64,000 bases of DNA from a bacterium (lineage in GTDB: Bacteria; Hinthialibacterota; Hinthialibacteria; Hinthialibacterales; Hinthialibacteraceae): assembly GCA_963663405.2 (NCBI GenBank), contig CAXXSM010000091.1, forward strand, positions 1-64,000, given 5' to 3'. Numbering within the stretch: position 1 is the first letter of the stretch; every line of letters begins with the position of its first letter. A program made the position numbers and the translations under genes. This document shows positions 30,365 to 42,621 of this stretch, piece by piece. The notes beneath the pieces were generated by a model. That model ran no database searches, was not told the DNA's origin, and worked only from the letters and a program-made list of their open reading frames with translations.

Positions 30365-31843
30365 ATGAAAAACAACGATACTGTTCCGGAATATTACTGG
30401 AACATCAAAGCAACCTGCGTTGTGGTCTCTATTATTCTGCTATCATTCTTCACTCCCTTAGCAGTTGGACGGTTGGGACTTTCCTTATCCGTCTTGTGCG
30501 CTCCAATCGGCATCATCTACATTATTGGTTCAGTTTTGCGGCTGAATCTATCCTGGACTCACAAAATCGGATTGTATCTACTGGCCATTATTTTTTTAAA
30601 CATTGATTTCATCTCATTAGTCAAACACACCAAAGGTGATATCACTCAAATGGAAGTGGAATCAACTCGGGGTCTATCATGGATTCTCGCGGCTTTGTTC
30701 ATTTTATATTGTTCGTTCAATCTCCGAGCGATTCTCCACTGCATTCAAACCAATCGATTTGTCAGGTTAATCCTCTTTTTTTTCGCATTGATGTTAGTCT
30801 CCTTCCTTCTCAATAATCCATTTTCGGTTTTTTTTAATTTTTTCACTGAATATGTTTTTTACTTGATGATTATCCTTGTGACAGCGGAGATCATAATCTC
30901 CTCCCCTCACGCCGGTCTTGCATTGCTTTACACAATCACATTATGCGGAATTGTCCCAGCCATCTCGTCCATTTTGGAATATCTCTATCCATTCTCACTC
31001 GGAATGAGCCATACACTCCGGAATACCCTCGGAGAAAGAATCCGCACGTCCAGTCTTTATTCGAATCCTAATGCAATGGCATATGCCATATCTTTTTCGG
31101 CGATTGTGATGACATGGCTATCCAGCATGAAACGGATATCCCTGAAATTATGCTTTGTTCTGCTTGGAATCTTCGCTGTATCGATTTTTTTTACCTTTTC
31201 CCGCAGAGGAGCGTTAACTCTAGCATTGGCTTTTCTAGGATTCGCGGTGGCCTTTATACGCCGTTACAAAAATGATCCCCACACCTTGATCCTGACCGCC
31301 ATATTGATTGTAATCACAATTATCGGCGCCTTACAGATTTTAAGCCCGCAGGTCGAAAATCTAATAGCCAAGAGCAATCAGCAAATACGCTTTCAATCCA
31401 TAATCGGTATGTTGAGTTTAGATTTTACGAGTATGTCTGATACGTTCCAATCCTCTCGCTTAGAAAGGTTTGAAGACGCGTGGCCGATAATTCAAAAATC
31501 TCCTTGGTTGGGCAATAAAGAACCTACAAAAGAAGATACCTATACATTCACTCCGCATAATATTTTTCTCCTCATTTGGGAACGCCATGGTTTTTTCATA
31601 TTACTTTTCTTTGTTTATATAAACGCGCTTCTATTATACGGCGCCCTGTACAAACGTATATCGAACCGATTATACATACTCTTAATATTGAGTTGTGTTT
31701 ATCTTCAAATGCTGTTCAATCATGGGCTGTTTGATAAACGATTTAACGCCATTATCTTTACAATAACATTACTCTCCTATTGTTTTTCGTCGACCTCTCT
31801 TTCAGGAGATCATTATTTTCAATCCCAACGTTCGACTCGATAG
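30365..31843 (+). CDS. O-antigen ligase / Wzy polymerase family membrane protein
   Basis: More than 10 TM helices, R-x-S-S-L-Y-x-NPN, TFSRRG, periplasmic loop with PHNIFL. The start is uncertain (30326 or 30365). Confidence 0.85.
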   Translation: MKNNDTVPEYYWNIKATCVVVSIILLSFFTPLAVGRLGLSLSVLCAPIGIIYIIGSVLRLNLSWTHKIGLYLLAIIFLNIDFISLVKHTKGDITQMEVESTRGLSWILAALFILYCSFNLRAILHCIQTNRFVRLILFFFALMLVSFLLNNPFSVFFNFFTEYVFYLMIILVTAEIIISSPHAGLALLYTITLCGIVPAISSILEYLYPFSLGMSHTLRNTLGERIRTSSLYSNPNAMAYAISFSAIVMTWLSSMKRISLKLCFVLLGIFAVSIFFTFSRRGALTLALAFLGFAVAFIRRYKNDPHTLILTAILIVITIIGALQILSPQVENLIAKSNQQIRFQSIIGMLSLDFTSMSDTFQSSRLERFEDAWPIIQKSPWLGNKEPTKEDTYTFTPHNIFLLIWERHGFFILLFFVYINALLLYGALYKRISNRLYILLILSCVYLQMLFNHGLFDKRFNAIIFTITLLSYCFSSTSLSGDHYFQSQRSTR

Positions 31844-32111
31844 TTTGTTTTCAGTCAAAACAACAATGGCTTACACAATTTTATTAGGACTCCGATCCAC
31901 ATCAATCACATATAATTGATCTTCTACAAATATTTTCCATTTCTAATGATCTCGTTATTTCATCTTACAAAATAGTATAAAATAATAGATGGTGTTACGC
32001 AAAAAATAGTATTGCCCCCATACTTTGCGTCACTTGATTTTACAAGATAATCACATAATCTGCGCTCTCGGCGTAAAGTTGATTGTCATCTTTTTATTGA
32101 AAGAAAATCCT

Positions 32112-33230
32112 ATGCGTATTATCGTCCTTGTAGATTCTTTAATTGCTGGTGGTGTGCAACGTGAAATGACCACTTTAGCCGTCCTGCTCAAGCAGCGTCA
32201 ATACGATGTACAAGTGATTTCATACTTCTCTCATGATTTTTTCAAACCGGTTCTTGACCGGGCGCAAATCCCGCAGACCATCGTACCTCATAAAAACAAA
32301 TTACATCGTCTTTTTGCCGTGAGGAAAGCCATCCGAGAAAGTCAACCAGATGTAGTGATAGCCTACATGAATACACCTAGTTTGCTAGCGGAATTTTCCG
32401 GTCTTCCATTCCGCCGGTTTTCAGTGATCGTAGGGGAAGCCAACACGGATTTAGCGATTACACGATCAATTAAGGGGCGTTTTTACCTGCACCGGCTGGC
32501 CGATGCGATTTGGACAAACTCACACTCTCAGCTGAAATTTATCCAAACACACGCCCCCTGGCTGACCTCTCGTCTGTCCTTGATTATTAATTGCGTGGAT
32601 CTCAATTTGTTCCACCCCCCCAAGACAGAGCCCACTTCCGATGCCATTCGCCTCCTCGTTGTTTCCCGGTTCGATCCCCATAAAAATTTCATGACACTTC
32701 TTACTGCATTAGAACGAGTCAAGCAAACAGCTCCAGCCATCAACATTACAGTGGACTGGTACGGCAATAATTTTTTCACTGATGGAAAACCGACAAAGTT
32801 ATCAGCGTCTTACATGGAATTACAAAAGGCGATTGAAACACGGAAGATGAGGGAATATTTCCGTTTGCATGATCCAGTCGAAGATGTCGTCTCTTTATAT
32901 CAGCAGGCGTCCGCATTCTGTCTGCCTTCTTTTTATGAGGGCACCCCAAATGTCATTTGTGAAGCGATGGCTTGTGGACGGCCGATTTTAATAAGCCGCG
33001 TATGTGACAACGAACGATTTTCAATTGATGGAGAGAATGGATTCCTCTTCGATCCTCATTCCGCCGATGATATCGCGAACACAATCATCCGTTTCGCCTC
33101 GCTTCCCCCTGACGGCCGGCGGCAGATGGGCATCCGAAGCAGAGAGAGGGCGGAAACCCTGTTTTCTCGAGAACGATTTATTACACAATTTATTGATTTA
33201 ATTGAAGGGCTTAGGCAGAAGAAACGCTAG
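32112..33230 (+). CDS. Glycosyltransferase family 4
   Basis: DSLIAGGVQR and LPSFYEGTPNVICEAMACGRP. Confidence 0.92.
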   Translation: MRIIVLVDSLIAGGVQREMTTLAVLLKQRQYDVQVISYFSHDFFKPVLDRAQIPQTIVPHKNKLHRLFAVRKAIRESQPDVVIAYMNTPSLLAEFSGLPFRRFSVIVGEANTDLAITRSIKGRFYLHRLADAIWTNSHSQLKFIQTHAPWLTSRLSLIINCVDLNLFHPPKTEPTSDAIRLLVVSRFDPHKNFMTLLTALERVKQTAPAINITVDWYGNNFFTDGKPTKLSASYMELQKAIETRKMREYFRLHDPVEDVVSLYQQASAFCLPSFYEGTPNVICEAMACGRPILISRVCDNERFSIDGENGFLFDPHSADDIANTIIRFASLPPDGRRQMGIRSRERAETLFSRERFITQFIDLIEGLRQKKR

Positions 33231-33500
33231 CGATCAGCAATCCGAAGACAGTACATCGTCTTTCTTGATACGGTAAAAAAAAACAGTAAGACGAAACGAA
33301 CCACTACACGATGTATTACAGGTTAAGTGATATCAATACTCAATTATTGTATATATTGAATTTTCACCGCTTCAACTGAATCAAACATCATTCATCGGTT
33401 TATCATCAACACACAACTGTCATTCGCGAGTACACACATCCAATGATCAGTGAGTTTTTAAATCGCCCCTATTCTGCAACAAGAGGAATGGAGATCCTTT

Positions 33501-34649
33501 ATGAGAAGTAAAACCCAACCAGAAGACGATCGGTTACTACGATTGCTCCTGATCGGATCACTTCCCCCCCCACTGGGTGGGACCGCGGTTTCTTTCACAC
33601 ACTTGATCCACTATCTAGAAACCCGGCCAGATGTCACACTTAAGGTGATCAATACACAAGGAATCCGGAGTGGAGGAATCAAAGGGAAATTTATGTTTTT
33701 TTTGAAGGTGTTTCAAATTTTCATCTCCTCACTCCAATCTGATGTAATTAGTGTCCATATACACCCCGATGCGATTTTTTACATTGGTCCATTCATCGTA
33801 TTGTTTTCATTTTTGCTTCGTAAACCATTCTTACTTCGTATTTTTGCGGGAGTTGATTACAACGATCGCAAACGATACGGACGATTTCGAAGGACGATTA
33901 ACCACTTTGTAGCGCGTCGCGCTCAGCTAGTCCTAATTCAAACCAAAATGCTGCTCGATTCCGCACGGGCGGATGGTCTGACACGCGTTCAATGGTTCCC
34001 CACAAACCGTCCTATGCCCGCCACTCCATTGGACCTGAGCGGCCGTTCTTGTTCGTGCCGTCGATTCGTCTTCCTAGGTCAACTCAGGTGGGTGAAAGGA
34101 GTGGCGGAAATTATTCAAGCGGGAGAGCGTTTCGGGGAAGACATCACGATCGATGTATACGGCCCATTGCTTTGGGATGTTAAAAAAGAAGATTTAGAGG
34201 GATTAAAACGAATTCGCTATCATGGAGAGGTGAAACCCGAATGCGTGCACGAAACATTATGTCGTTACGACGCACTGCTTCTTCCTACATTTCTCCCAGA
34301 TGAAGGCTATTCGGGTGTCATCATGGAAGCGTATGGCGCAGGTTTGCCCATCATTTGCACACGGTGGCGGGCGTTGCCTGAAATAGTCGATGAAACATCA
34401 GGCATATTAATTAACATCCGTGATCCAGAAGCGCTCTATAACGCCATGAAAACACTGATCGATGACGATGCGCTATTCGCCCGTCTTCGTGAGGGCGCCA
34501 TTCAAAAACAAGCGGTATTTTCATCGGAAGTCTGGAACGCGCGGTTTGTTGAAATGGCTAACGAATTGCTTACTAAAAAAAACGGATTAACAAAATACTT
34601 TACCGAACTCCGTATCACAGATACGTTTGCATTTTCAACTGATTCTTAA
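33501..34649 (+). CDS. Glycosyltransferase family 4
   Basis: PPPLGG, FVFLGQLRWVKG, EGYSGVIMEAYGAGLP. Confidence 0.9.
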   Translation: MRSKTQPEDDRLLRLLLIGSLPPPLGGTAVSFTHLIHYLETRPDVTLKVINTQGIRSGGIKGKFMFFLKVFQIFISSLQSDVISVHIHPDAIFYIGPFIVLFSFLLRKPFLLRIFAGVDYNDRKRYGRFRRTINHFVARRAQLVLIQTKMLLDSARADGLTRVQWFPTNRPMPATPLDLSGRSCSCRRFVFLGQLRWVKGVAEIIQAGERFGEDITIDVYGPLLWDVKKEDLEGLKRIRYHGEVKPECVHETLCRYDALLLPTFLPDEGYSGVIMEAYGAGLPIICTRWRALPEIVDETSGILINIRDPEALYNAMKTLIDDDALFARLREGAIQKQAVFSSEVWNARFVEMANELLTKKNGLTKYFTELRITDTFAFSTDS

Positions 34650-34751
34650 TTTGCAATTTCGTTTCTTTACCATTTTACCTGTTCGAAGGGTATAACCGAT
34701 CCGATATACAGTTCACATCCTAAGAGACAAAAAAAATATGCTTAAATAAAC

Positions 34752-35885
34752 ATGCACAAAATCTTAGTGGTTATCGGTACTCGGCCGGAAGCGATCAAGA
34801 TGGCGCCTGTCATCTGGGCAATGAAAGAACATCTTGATGCGATTCAACCACTTGTCTGCGTAACCGGTCAACACCGCCATATGTTAGACCAAATGCTAAC
34901 GTTGTTCCAAATCACGCCCGATTACGATTTGGACATTATGGCAGAGCGTCAATCACTTGCTATGCTCTCGGCGCGGATAATGACGAAAATGGAGACACTC
35001 CTGGTGGATCTGCGTCCGGATTGGATTTTCGTGCAGGGAGACACGACCACCGCAGCGATCGCGAGTCTGGTTGGGTTTTACAATCACGTGAACGTGGGAC
35101 ACGTGGAAGCCGGCCTCCGCACGAAGAACAAACGGGCCCCGTTTCCAGAAGAAATCAACCGGCGAGTGATCTCGGTTATTGGAGATCTGCATTTCGCGCC
35201 GACAGAAAACGCCCGTCAAGCGCTGCTGGAGGAAGGGATCCCTGATTCGACTATTGCAGTGACAGGCAACACCGTTATCGATTCCTTGTTCTGGGTGCGG
35301 GATCGTGTACGTAAACAGCCACCGATTCTTCCAGATGGGCTGTTTGAATCGATCCAAAATCAACGCTTAATTCTCGTGACAGGCCATCGTCGCGAGAGTT
35401 TTGGAGAGGGCTTCAGCCAAATCTGTCAGGCTTTGCGCATGATCGCTCAGCGGTTTCCCGATGTCAGTATCATTTATCCTGTACATCTCAATCCCAATGT
35501 GCAAGAACCGGTTCATCGCTTGTTAGGCGGGCAAGACCGAATCCATTTGATTGATCCGCAGCCCTACGACGCTTTTGTCTGGCTAATGGATCAATCCTAC
35601 CTTGTTCTCACCGATTCAGGCGGAGTACAGGAAGAAGCGCCTTCGCTGGGAAAACCTACTTTGGTGATGCGGGAAACCACGGAACGCCAGGAAGGATTAA
35701 CATCCGGTAACACGATACTCGTTTGCGCAAATCAAGCGTCTATTCTACGCCATACCGCTGATTTATTAAACAGCATTGACAAATACCAGGAAATGACCAT
35801 AATTAAAAACATCTACGGTGATGGACGGGCGTCCACCCGCATTGTCCAAAAGACTTTGGAATTCATCGCTCATTCAAAAACATAG
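34752..35885 (+). CDS. wecB: UDP-N-acetylglucosamine 2-epimerase (non-hydrolysing)
   Basis: GTRPEAIKMAP, TGQHR, QGDTTT, HVEAGLR, PFPEEINR, HRRESFG, TDSGGVQEEAPSLGKP. Confidence 0.95.
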   Translation: MHKILVVIGTRPEAIKMAPVIWAMKEHLDAIQPLVCVTGQHRHMLDQMLTLFQITPDYDLDIMAERQSLAMLSARIMTKMETLLVDLRPDWIFVQGDTTTAAIASLVGFYNHVNVGHVEAGLRTKNKRAPFPEEINRRVISVIGDLHFAPTENARQALLEEGIPDSTIAVTGNTVIDSLFWVRDRVRKQPPILPDGLFESIQNQRLILVTGHRRESFGEGFSQICQALRMIAQRFPDVSIIYPVHLNPNVQEPVHRLLGGQDRIHLIDPQPYDAFVWLMDQSYLVLTDSGGVQEEAPSLGKPTLVMRETTERQEGLTSGNTILVCANQASILRHTADLLNSIDKYQEMTIIKNIYGDGRASTRIVQKTLEFIAHSKT

Positions 35886-36390
35886 GAATCCCTCAGATCA
35901 ATCGGTGGTGGAACGTAGATTTTTTTAAGGCGATATAGCTGTTCCCAATGGCCGAATCATTACGATTGTAGAGGAGAGTGTAGAAATCAGAGAAGAGATG
36001 TCCGCTCAAGTTTCGTGTAATACAGAGGGGATGGGAATCCCTTTACGAAAAGTTCACTCGTAAATCTTACGGCACTATAAGATATCAATAATTGGATGAG
36101 AATCATGCATCACTCATCTTTCGCGCTACCTTATGACAAGTGAATAAATAGGTTGCTGACTATCGCGCGCAATGTTATTAACATACCTAGAAAAGGACGC
36201 TTCGATCCTTAAACATCGAAACGTATTAAATGAAATTAAAATAAATATCCATAGACATAGATAGATATTTATTTGCTTGTCTATCTGCAGCCTATAGATA
36301 AGTTTCGTCTTACCAGTTTTTTTGCGGCTCCATCTTGAATGAATCATTCACGGGTTTTGTTATCGAGAAAACAATCAGAAGAGGGCGTAA

Positions 36391-37404
36391 ATGTATAAGA
36401 ACAAAACATTACTAATCACCGGTGGAACCGGCACGTTTGGAAATGCAGTCTTGAACCGTTTCTTGAATTCTGATATTCATGAAATTCGCATATTCAGCCG
36501 TGATGAGAAAAAACAGAGTGACATGCGAGATTACTATAAAGATGAAAGACTCAAATTCTATCTTGGGGATGTCCGAAATTATGACAGTCTCTTAGACGCT
36601 ATGAGTGGAGTCGATTTCATTTTTCACGCCGCGGCGCTTAAGCAAGTTCCTTCCTGTGAATTCTATCCCATCGAAGCGTTAAGAACCAATTCTCTAGGCG
36701 CGGAGAATGTGTTGAGCGCGGCGCTGTCCAATTCGGTCGAGCGAGTCATCGTTTTAAGCACCGATAAGGCAGTCTATCCCATAAACGCTATGGGGATATC
36801 CAAAGCGATGATGGAAAAACTGATGGTCGCGAAATCAAGGATCGCCGCCACAAAAAATCAAGTGTTTTGCGGTTCGCGATATGGAAATGTTATGGGATCT
36901 CGAGGTTCCGTTATCCCACTGTTTATCCAACAGATAAAAGACAGAAAACCTATCACGATTACAGATCCGACGATGACTCGTTTCATGATGTCGATTGATG
37001 ACGCGGTAGATTTAGTTCTTTATGTTTACGATCATGGCAATCCCGGTGATATATTCGTACAAAAAGCGCCCGCCGCGACAATCGAAGTGTTAGTGCAGTC
37101 CTTACTGGAAATATTTAACGCGGATAATGAGATTAAAATCATCGGCACACGTCATGGTGAAAAGAAATATGAAACTCTGTTAACTCGAGAAGAAATGCAA
37201 GCCGCAGAAGATTGCGGTAATTACTATCGCATCCCATCGGATCAGCGTGATTTAAATTATGATAGATACTTTTCCTCCGGCGAACCATCGGTTTCCACAC
37301 AAACGGATTACAATTCTCAAAACACGCAATTATTAAATGTCGAAGAATTGAAACAACTTTTATTGAAACTCGATTTCGTGAAAGACGCATTGAAGGAACA
37401 ATAA
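36391..37404 (+). CDS. fnlA: UDP-GlcNAc 4,6-dehydratase/5-epimerase (FnlA/CapE/WbjB)
   Basis: FSRDEKKQ, HAAALKQVPSCEFYP, STDKAVYPINAMGISKAMMEK, IGTRHGEKKYETL. First gene of an fnlABC trio. Confidence 0.93.
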   Translation: MYKNKTLLITGGTGTFGNAVLNRFLNSDIHEIRIFSRDEKKQSDMRDYYKDERLKFYLGDVRNYDSLLDAMSGVDFIFHAAALKQVPSCEFYPIEALRTNSLGAENVLSAALSNSVERVIVLSTDKAVYPINAMGISKAMMEKLMVAKSRIAATKNQVFCGSRYGNVMGSRGSVIPLFIQQIKDRKPITITDPTMTRFMMSIDDAVDLVLYVYDHGNPGDIFVQKAPAATIEVLVQSLLEIFNADNEIKIIGTRHGEKKYETLLTREEMQAAEDCGNYYRIPSDQRDLNYDRYFSSGEPSVSTQTDYNSQNTQLLNVEELKQLLLKLDFVKDALKEQ

Positions 37405-37406
37405 GA

Positions 37407-38528
37407 ATGAAATCTGTTTTAGTGACAGGGGCGAATGGATTCATCGGGAAAAATTTAATCGAGGCGTTAAAACCGATCGATAATATCAATGTCCTTTCGT
37501 ACGACATCGGTCAATCCCGGGAGACGTTAACTCGTTATTTAAACCAAGCGGAGGTGATCTATCATCTTGCCGGTGTCAACCGGCCGAAAGAGGATACGGA
37601 GTTTAAGACAGGGAATGCGGATTTTACAGAGGATATCTGTCAAGAACTGAACGCATTAAACCGGAAGGTAAAAATTATCTTTACTTCGTCCATACAAGTG
37701 GAAAGAAAAGAAAACGCCTACGGACATAGTAAGATGGCGGCCGAGAACGCTTTAAAAGATTTTGGAAAAGAGACGCATTCGCAGATATCCATTTATCGTC
37801 TAAAAAATGTATTTTGGCAAATGGTGTAGACCTAATTATAACTCCGTTGTCGCCACATTTTGTAATAATATTGCCAACGAGATCCCCATTCACATATCCG
37901 ACCCAGATCATTCCATCGAATTGATTTATATTGATGATGTTATCTCGTCATTTATTGATCAATTAACGAATTCAAACGAATCTCCCGTTGTAGAATATTG
38001 TGACGTCACTCCTTCTTATACAATTTCATTAAACGACTTAGCGGAAGCGATCAATCAATTTAAAAAAAGTAGAAAGACGCTGCTCATTCCGAATTTTGGA
38101 GATCCATTTCTACGGAAGCTATATGCAACCTACATTTCCTATCTTTCCGCGAACGATTTTTCATACCCTCTCGATATCAAATCGGACAATCGAGGCTGTC
38201 TAGCCGAATTTATTAAATCTCCCAGCAGTGGACAAGCTTTTTATCTCCCGCACTCTGCCCGGTATAACAAGGGGAAATCACTTTCATCACACGAAAGTTG
38301 AAAAATTCCTAATTGTACAGGGAACGGGGATGATTCGATTCAGACATATCCACTCGGACGATATTCATGAATACACAGTTTCCGGAGAGGAGATGAAAGT
38401 ATTGGATATTCCACCGGGTTATACCCATTCCATTGAAAACATTGGACAAGAAGAAATGGTCGTTCTTTTTTGGGCGAATGAGATCTTTGATCCAAAGAAT
38501 CCTGATACTTATTTTCGAAGTGTAATCA

Positions 38529-38536
<8 letters not shown>
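37407..38536 (+). CDS. fnlB: FnlB/CapF/WbjC reductase with C-terminal cupin, split by two apparent frameshifts (~37815, ~38240)
   Basis: HLAGVNRPK, GKWCRPNYNSVVATFC, RKLYATY, TRGNHFHHTKVEKF, PPGYTHSIEN, FWANE..PDTY, spread over three ORFs. Confidence 0.88.
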
Positions 38537-39664
<1,128 letters not shown>

Positions 39665-39679
39665 ATCAAAGGAGAAACA

Positions 39680-40235
39680 AAGATCACTGTTATTTCACCT
39701 GGGATGAAAACAAGACTCATCGAAAAAGGCGTTTCAGAAGAAAAAATCAAAGTCATCTTTAATTGGTGTGACGATTCATAGATTTTAAAAGTTCAGAATG
39801 CGGATCCCGCTTTGGTGGACGCGCTTTCCATCAGGCTAATTTAACATTGTTTTTGCCGGCAACATGGGTTACGTCCAGCACTCTCGGCGCTGTTATTGAC
39901 ACCCCGCCATTGTTCAATCGAAATGCCCTGATGTCCAATTTGTATTTATTGGCGGCGGCGTCATGTCGACGATCTTAAAAATTAAACCAAATCATTGAAC
40001 CTCAATAATGTAATTTTCCCATCCTAAAAATCCTCTCTCAGAGATCGGCGCTATCTTCAATCTGGTGGATGTGTTGTTCGTACATCTACATGATGATCCG
40101 CTTTTTAAAATCACGTTGCCTTCCAAAATCCAGGCATTAATGACAGCCGGAAAACCTATCCTCATTGGTGTACAAGACGATGCGGCGGGCTTTGTAGAAA
40201 GAGCGAATGCAGGCTTTCGTTGTCTACTGGAATGA
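39680..40235 (+). pseudogene. Truncated WbuB-like GT4 (L-FucNAc transferase) remnant
   Basis: KITVISPGMKTRLIEKGVSEEKIKVIFNW, NIVFAGNMG, FVFIGGG, VHLHDDPLFKITLPSKIQ, AGKPILIGV. No start codon or N-terminal half, an in-frame TAG near 39780, and several indels. Confidence 0.75.
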
Positions 40236-40377
40236 ATTATCTATCAGAATGGGAACCAATAAATATGAAACGTGTTACTCTCATTCGAAATGAAACAAGA
40301 AATCATAAATTGTAGGTAAATTTGAGAATTACATTTCTAAACCACGAACTCCATTTCAACGAGGAAGGATATACACC

Positions 40378-41101
40378 ATGAGAGCAGTTATTCTAGCGGG
40401 GGGGAAAGGGAAACGGCTACAACCCTATACATTCATCGTGCCCAAACCTCTCGTGCCGATCGGAGATATCTCCATCATCGAAATTGTCGTACGGCAAATT
40501 GGCGTATTATGGTTTCACTCATATTACTCTAGCGGTGGGATATCATGCGGAACTCATCATGGCGATTCTAAAAAACGGGGAAAAGTGGGGCATCCAGATC
40601 GATTACTCTTTTGAAGATAAGCCGTTAAATACAATCGGCCCTCTTCGTCTGATCGATAATTTGAGATACCCCGTTCCTGGTGATGAACGCCGATTTGCTT
40701 ACCGACATTGATTACCGTAAACTCATTGAATTTCATCTTCATAACAAGGCCATCGCTACAGTCGCTACTCATAAACGCCATGTTCGTTTAGAACTCGGTG
40801 TAATCGAAACCATTCAGAAAAATGGCATTGATCAGGTGGTCTCTTTCGTCGAAAAACCGGAGTATGATTTCAACGTCAGCATGGGAATTTACATCCTTGA
40901 TCCCCGGATCATGGACTACATTCCCCCCGATCAACCATTTGGATTCGATCAATTAATCTTTCATTTATTGGAGGCAACACGAACCGGTCTCCGTATATCC
41001 ATTCGATGGGCTTTGGTTGGATATGGGGAACACCGGGCGATCTTGAAAATACCGCCGAAGAATTTGAAAAACATAGGAAAAGGTATTTACCCGATGAGTA
41101 A
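40378..41101 (+). CDS. Sugar-phosphate nucleotidyltransferase (NTP_transferase), frameshifted
   Basis: AVILAGGKGKRLQPYT..PKPLVPIG, EDKPLNTIGPL, MNADLLTD, FVEKP, VSMGIY, WLDMG. The stop overlaps the next ATG. Confidence 0.85.
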
Positions 41102-42246
41102 TTGGAAAATTCCACTATTCACTCCCGATTTCTCCAGCGCCGACTGGGAGGCGGCCTGCGCTCCGATCCGTGACGCGTGGCTGACGATGGGCCAGCGGAC
41201 AAGTCAATTCGAACAAGCGTTCATCAACCGCACAGGGCGCCCGGCACGCCTTTGCCGTTTGTAATGGAACCGCCGCATTGCATCTCGGTTTGGTAAGCGT
41301 AGGAATTCAACCTGGGGATGAAGTCCTTGTTCCATCGCTCACGTTCGTCGCCTGCGCGAACACGATTGTCTCTCTTGGCGCCATACCCGTGTTTGTGGAT
41401 TGCTGTGAGGAAGAAGACTGGACCTTCTCTCCCGATGACGCGCTCCAAAAAATCACAGGACCGGACCCGCGCGATGATGATCGTTCATTACGCGGGATTT
41501 CCCTGCCGGATGGATCCAATTCTATCCATCGCCCGTTCGCGCGGTTTATCGATGATCGAAGACTGCGCCCACGCCATCTTCTCTTCACATGAAGGAAAAT
41601 TCTGTGGGACATTCGGTGATGTCAGCGCCTTCAGCCTCTTCAGCAATAAAAATATGACGACGGGTGAAGGGGGAATGGTGTTAACGAATTGATGACCAAT
41701 TGGCCGAACGTCTCCGCCGCCTGCGCTCTCATGGCATGACAACACTCACCCTTGACCGGCATGAAGGCCGGGCGGTTTCCTTACGATGTGACCGAATATG
41801 GTTTTAATTACCTGGATCGATGAAATCCGTAGCGCTCTCGGGCTTGTCTCAACTCGAACGATTGGATGAAAATCTAAAGCGGAGGACGCGCCATCTATCA
41901 ACTTTATATGGAACGCCTTTCGGAGATCGATGAAATCCTTATTCCATTTCTCTCACACAACGTGGATACGACGGGTATTCATATCTTCCCGATCATGCTC
42001 CGCAAGCCTGACGCGCGGGAAGCGTTTATGCGCGGCATGAAAGATGACGGAATCCAGACATCCATCCACTATCCACCCATCCATTCCTTCTCCGCATACC
42101 GGCAGCGTGTCAATAATGTCCGCTGTCCCCTCACGGAACGTATCGCCGCTGGAGAAGTGACGCTTCCATTCTACCCCGGCATGACGGAAGATGATGTTAC
42201 CCTCGTCTGCGATTCTGTGAAACGAAACGTACACGCCTGCCTTTAG
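41094..42246 (+). CDS. DegT/DnrJ/EryC1/StrS PLP-dependent aminotransferase, frameshifted
   Basis: WLTMG, NGTAALH, GDEVLVPSLTFVA, VHYAG, IEDCAHA, SLFSNKNMTTGEGG, GIQTSIHYPP, LPFYP. Confidence 0.88.
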
Positions 42247-42361
42247 TCATTTCAAATCGCTTTTTCTAGATCTAGAATTCACGCGGTTTTCCATTCTTTC
42301 TCATTCCAATCCATCTCTTTCACTTGAATTCGGTTGACGCCGGAGTCAATATCAACGATTA

Positions 42362-42456
42362 TTTATATGAAAATGAGTCCCTAAAACTTTCTCATTCGTA
42401 AACACTTCCACGACTCATTTTTATTTGCACGTTGTGATCTCAAATCATGATGGATT
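42362..42456 (+). repeat. Dispersed intergenic repeat family A, copy 2
   Basis: TTTATATGAAAATGAGTC..CTCATTCG.AAAC.CTTCC.CGACTCATTTT.AT.TGC..GATCTCAA, matching 16452-16543. Confidence 0.85.
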
Positions 42457-42621
42457 ATATTAGATTGATATCGTTGTGAACGGCGCAATTGAAGACTAAG
42501 CGGAAAAAGATGATATTTTTAATATGCGCCCAATGACTTAAATGTTGACTGACTCTCTATAGCCATTCATAAGTAAGTTTTATAGGTCTTTATTCACCAC
42601 CGAGTAAATCAGAGGATGATT

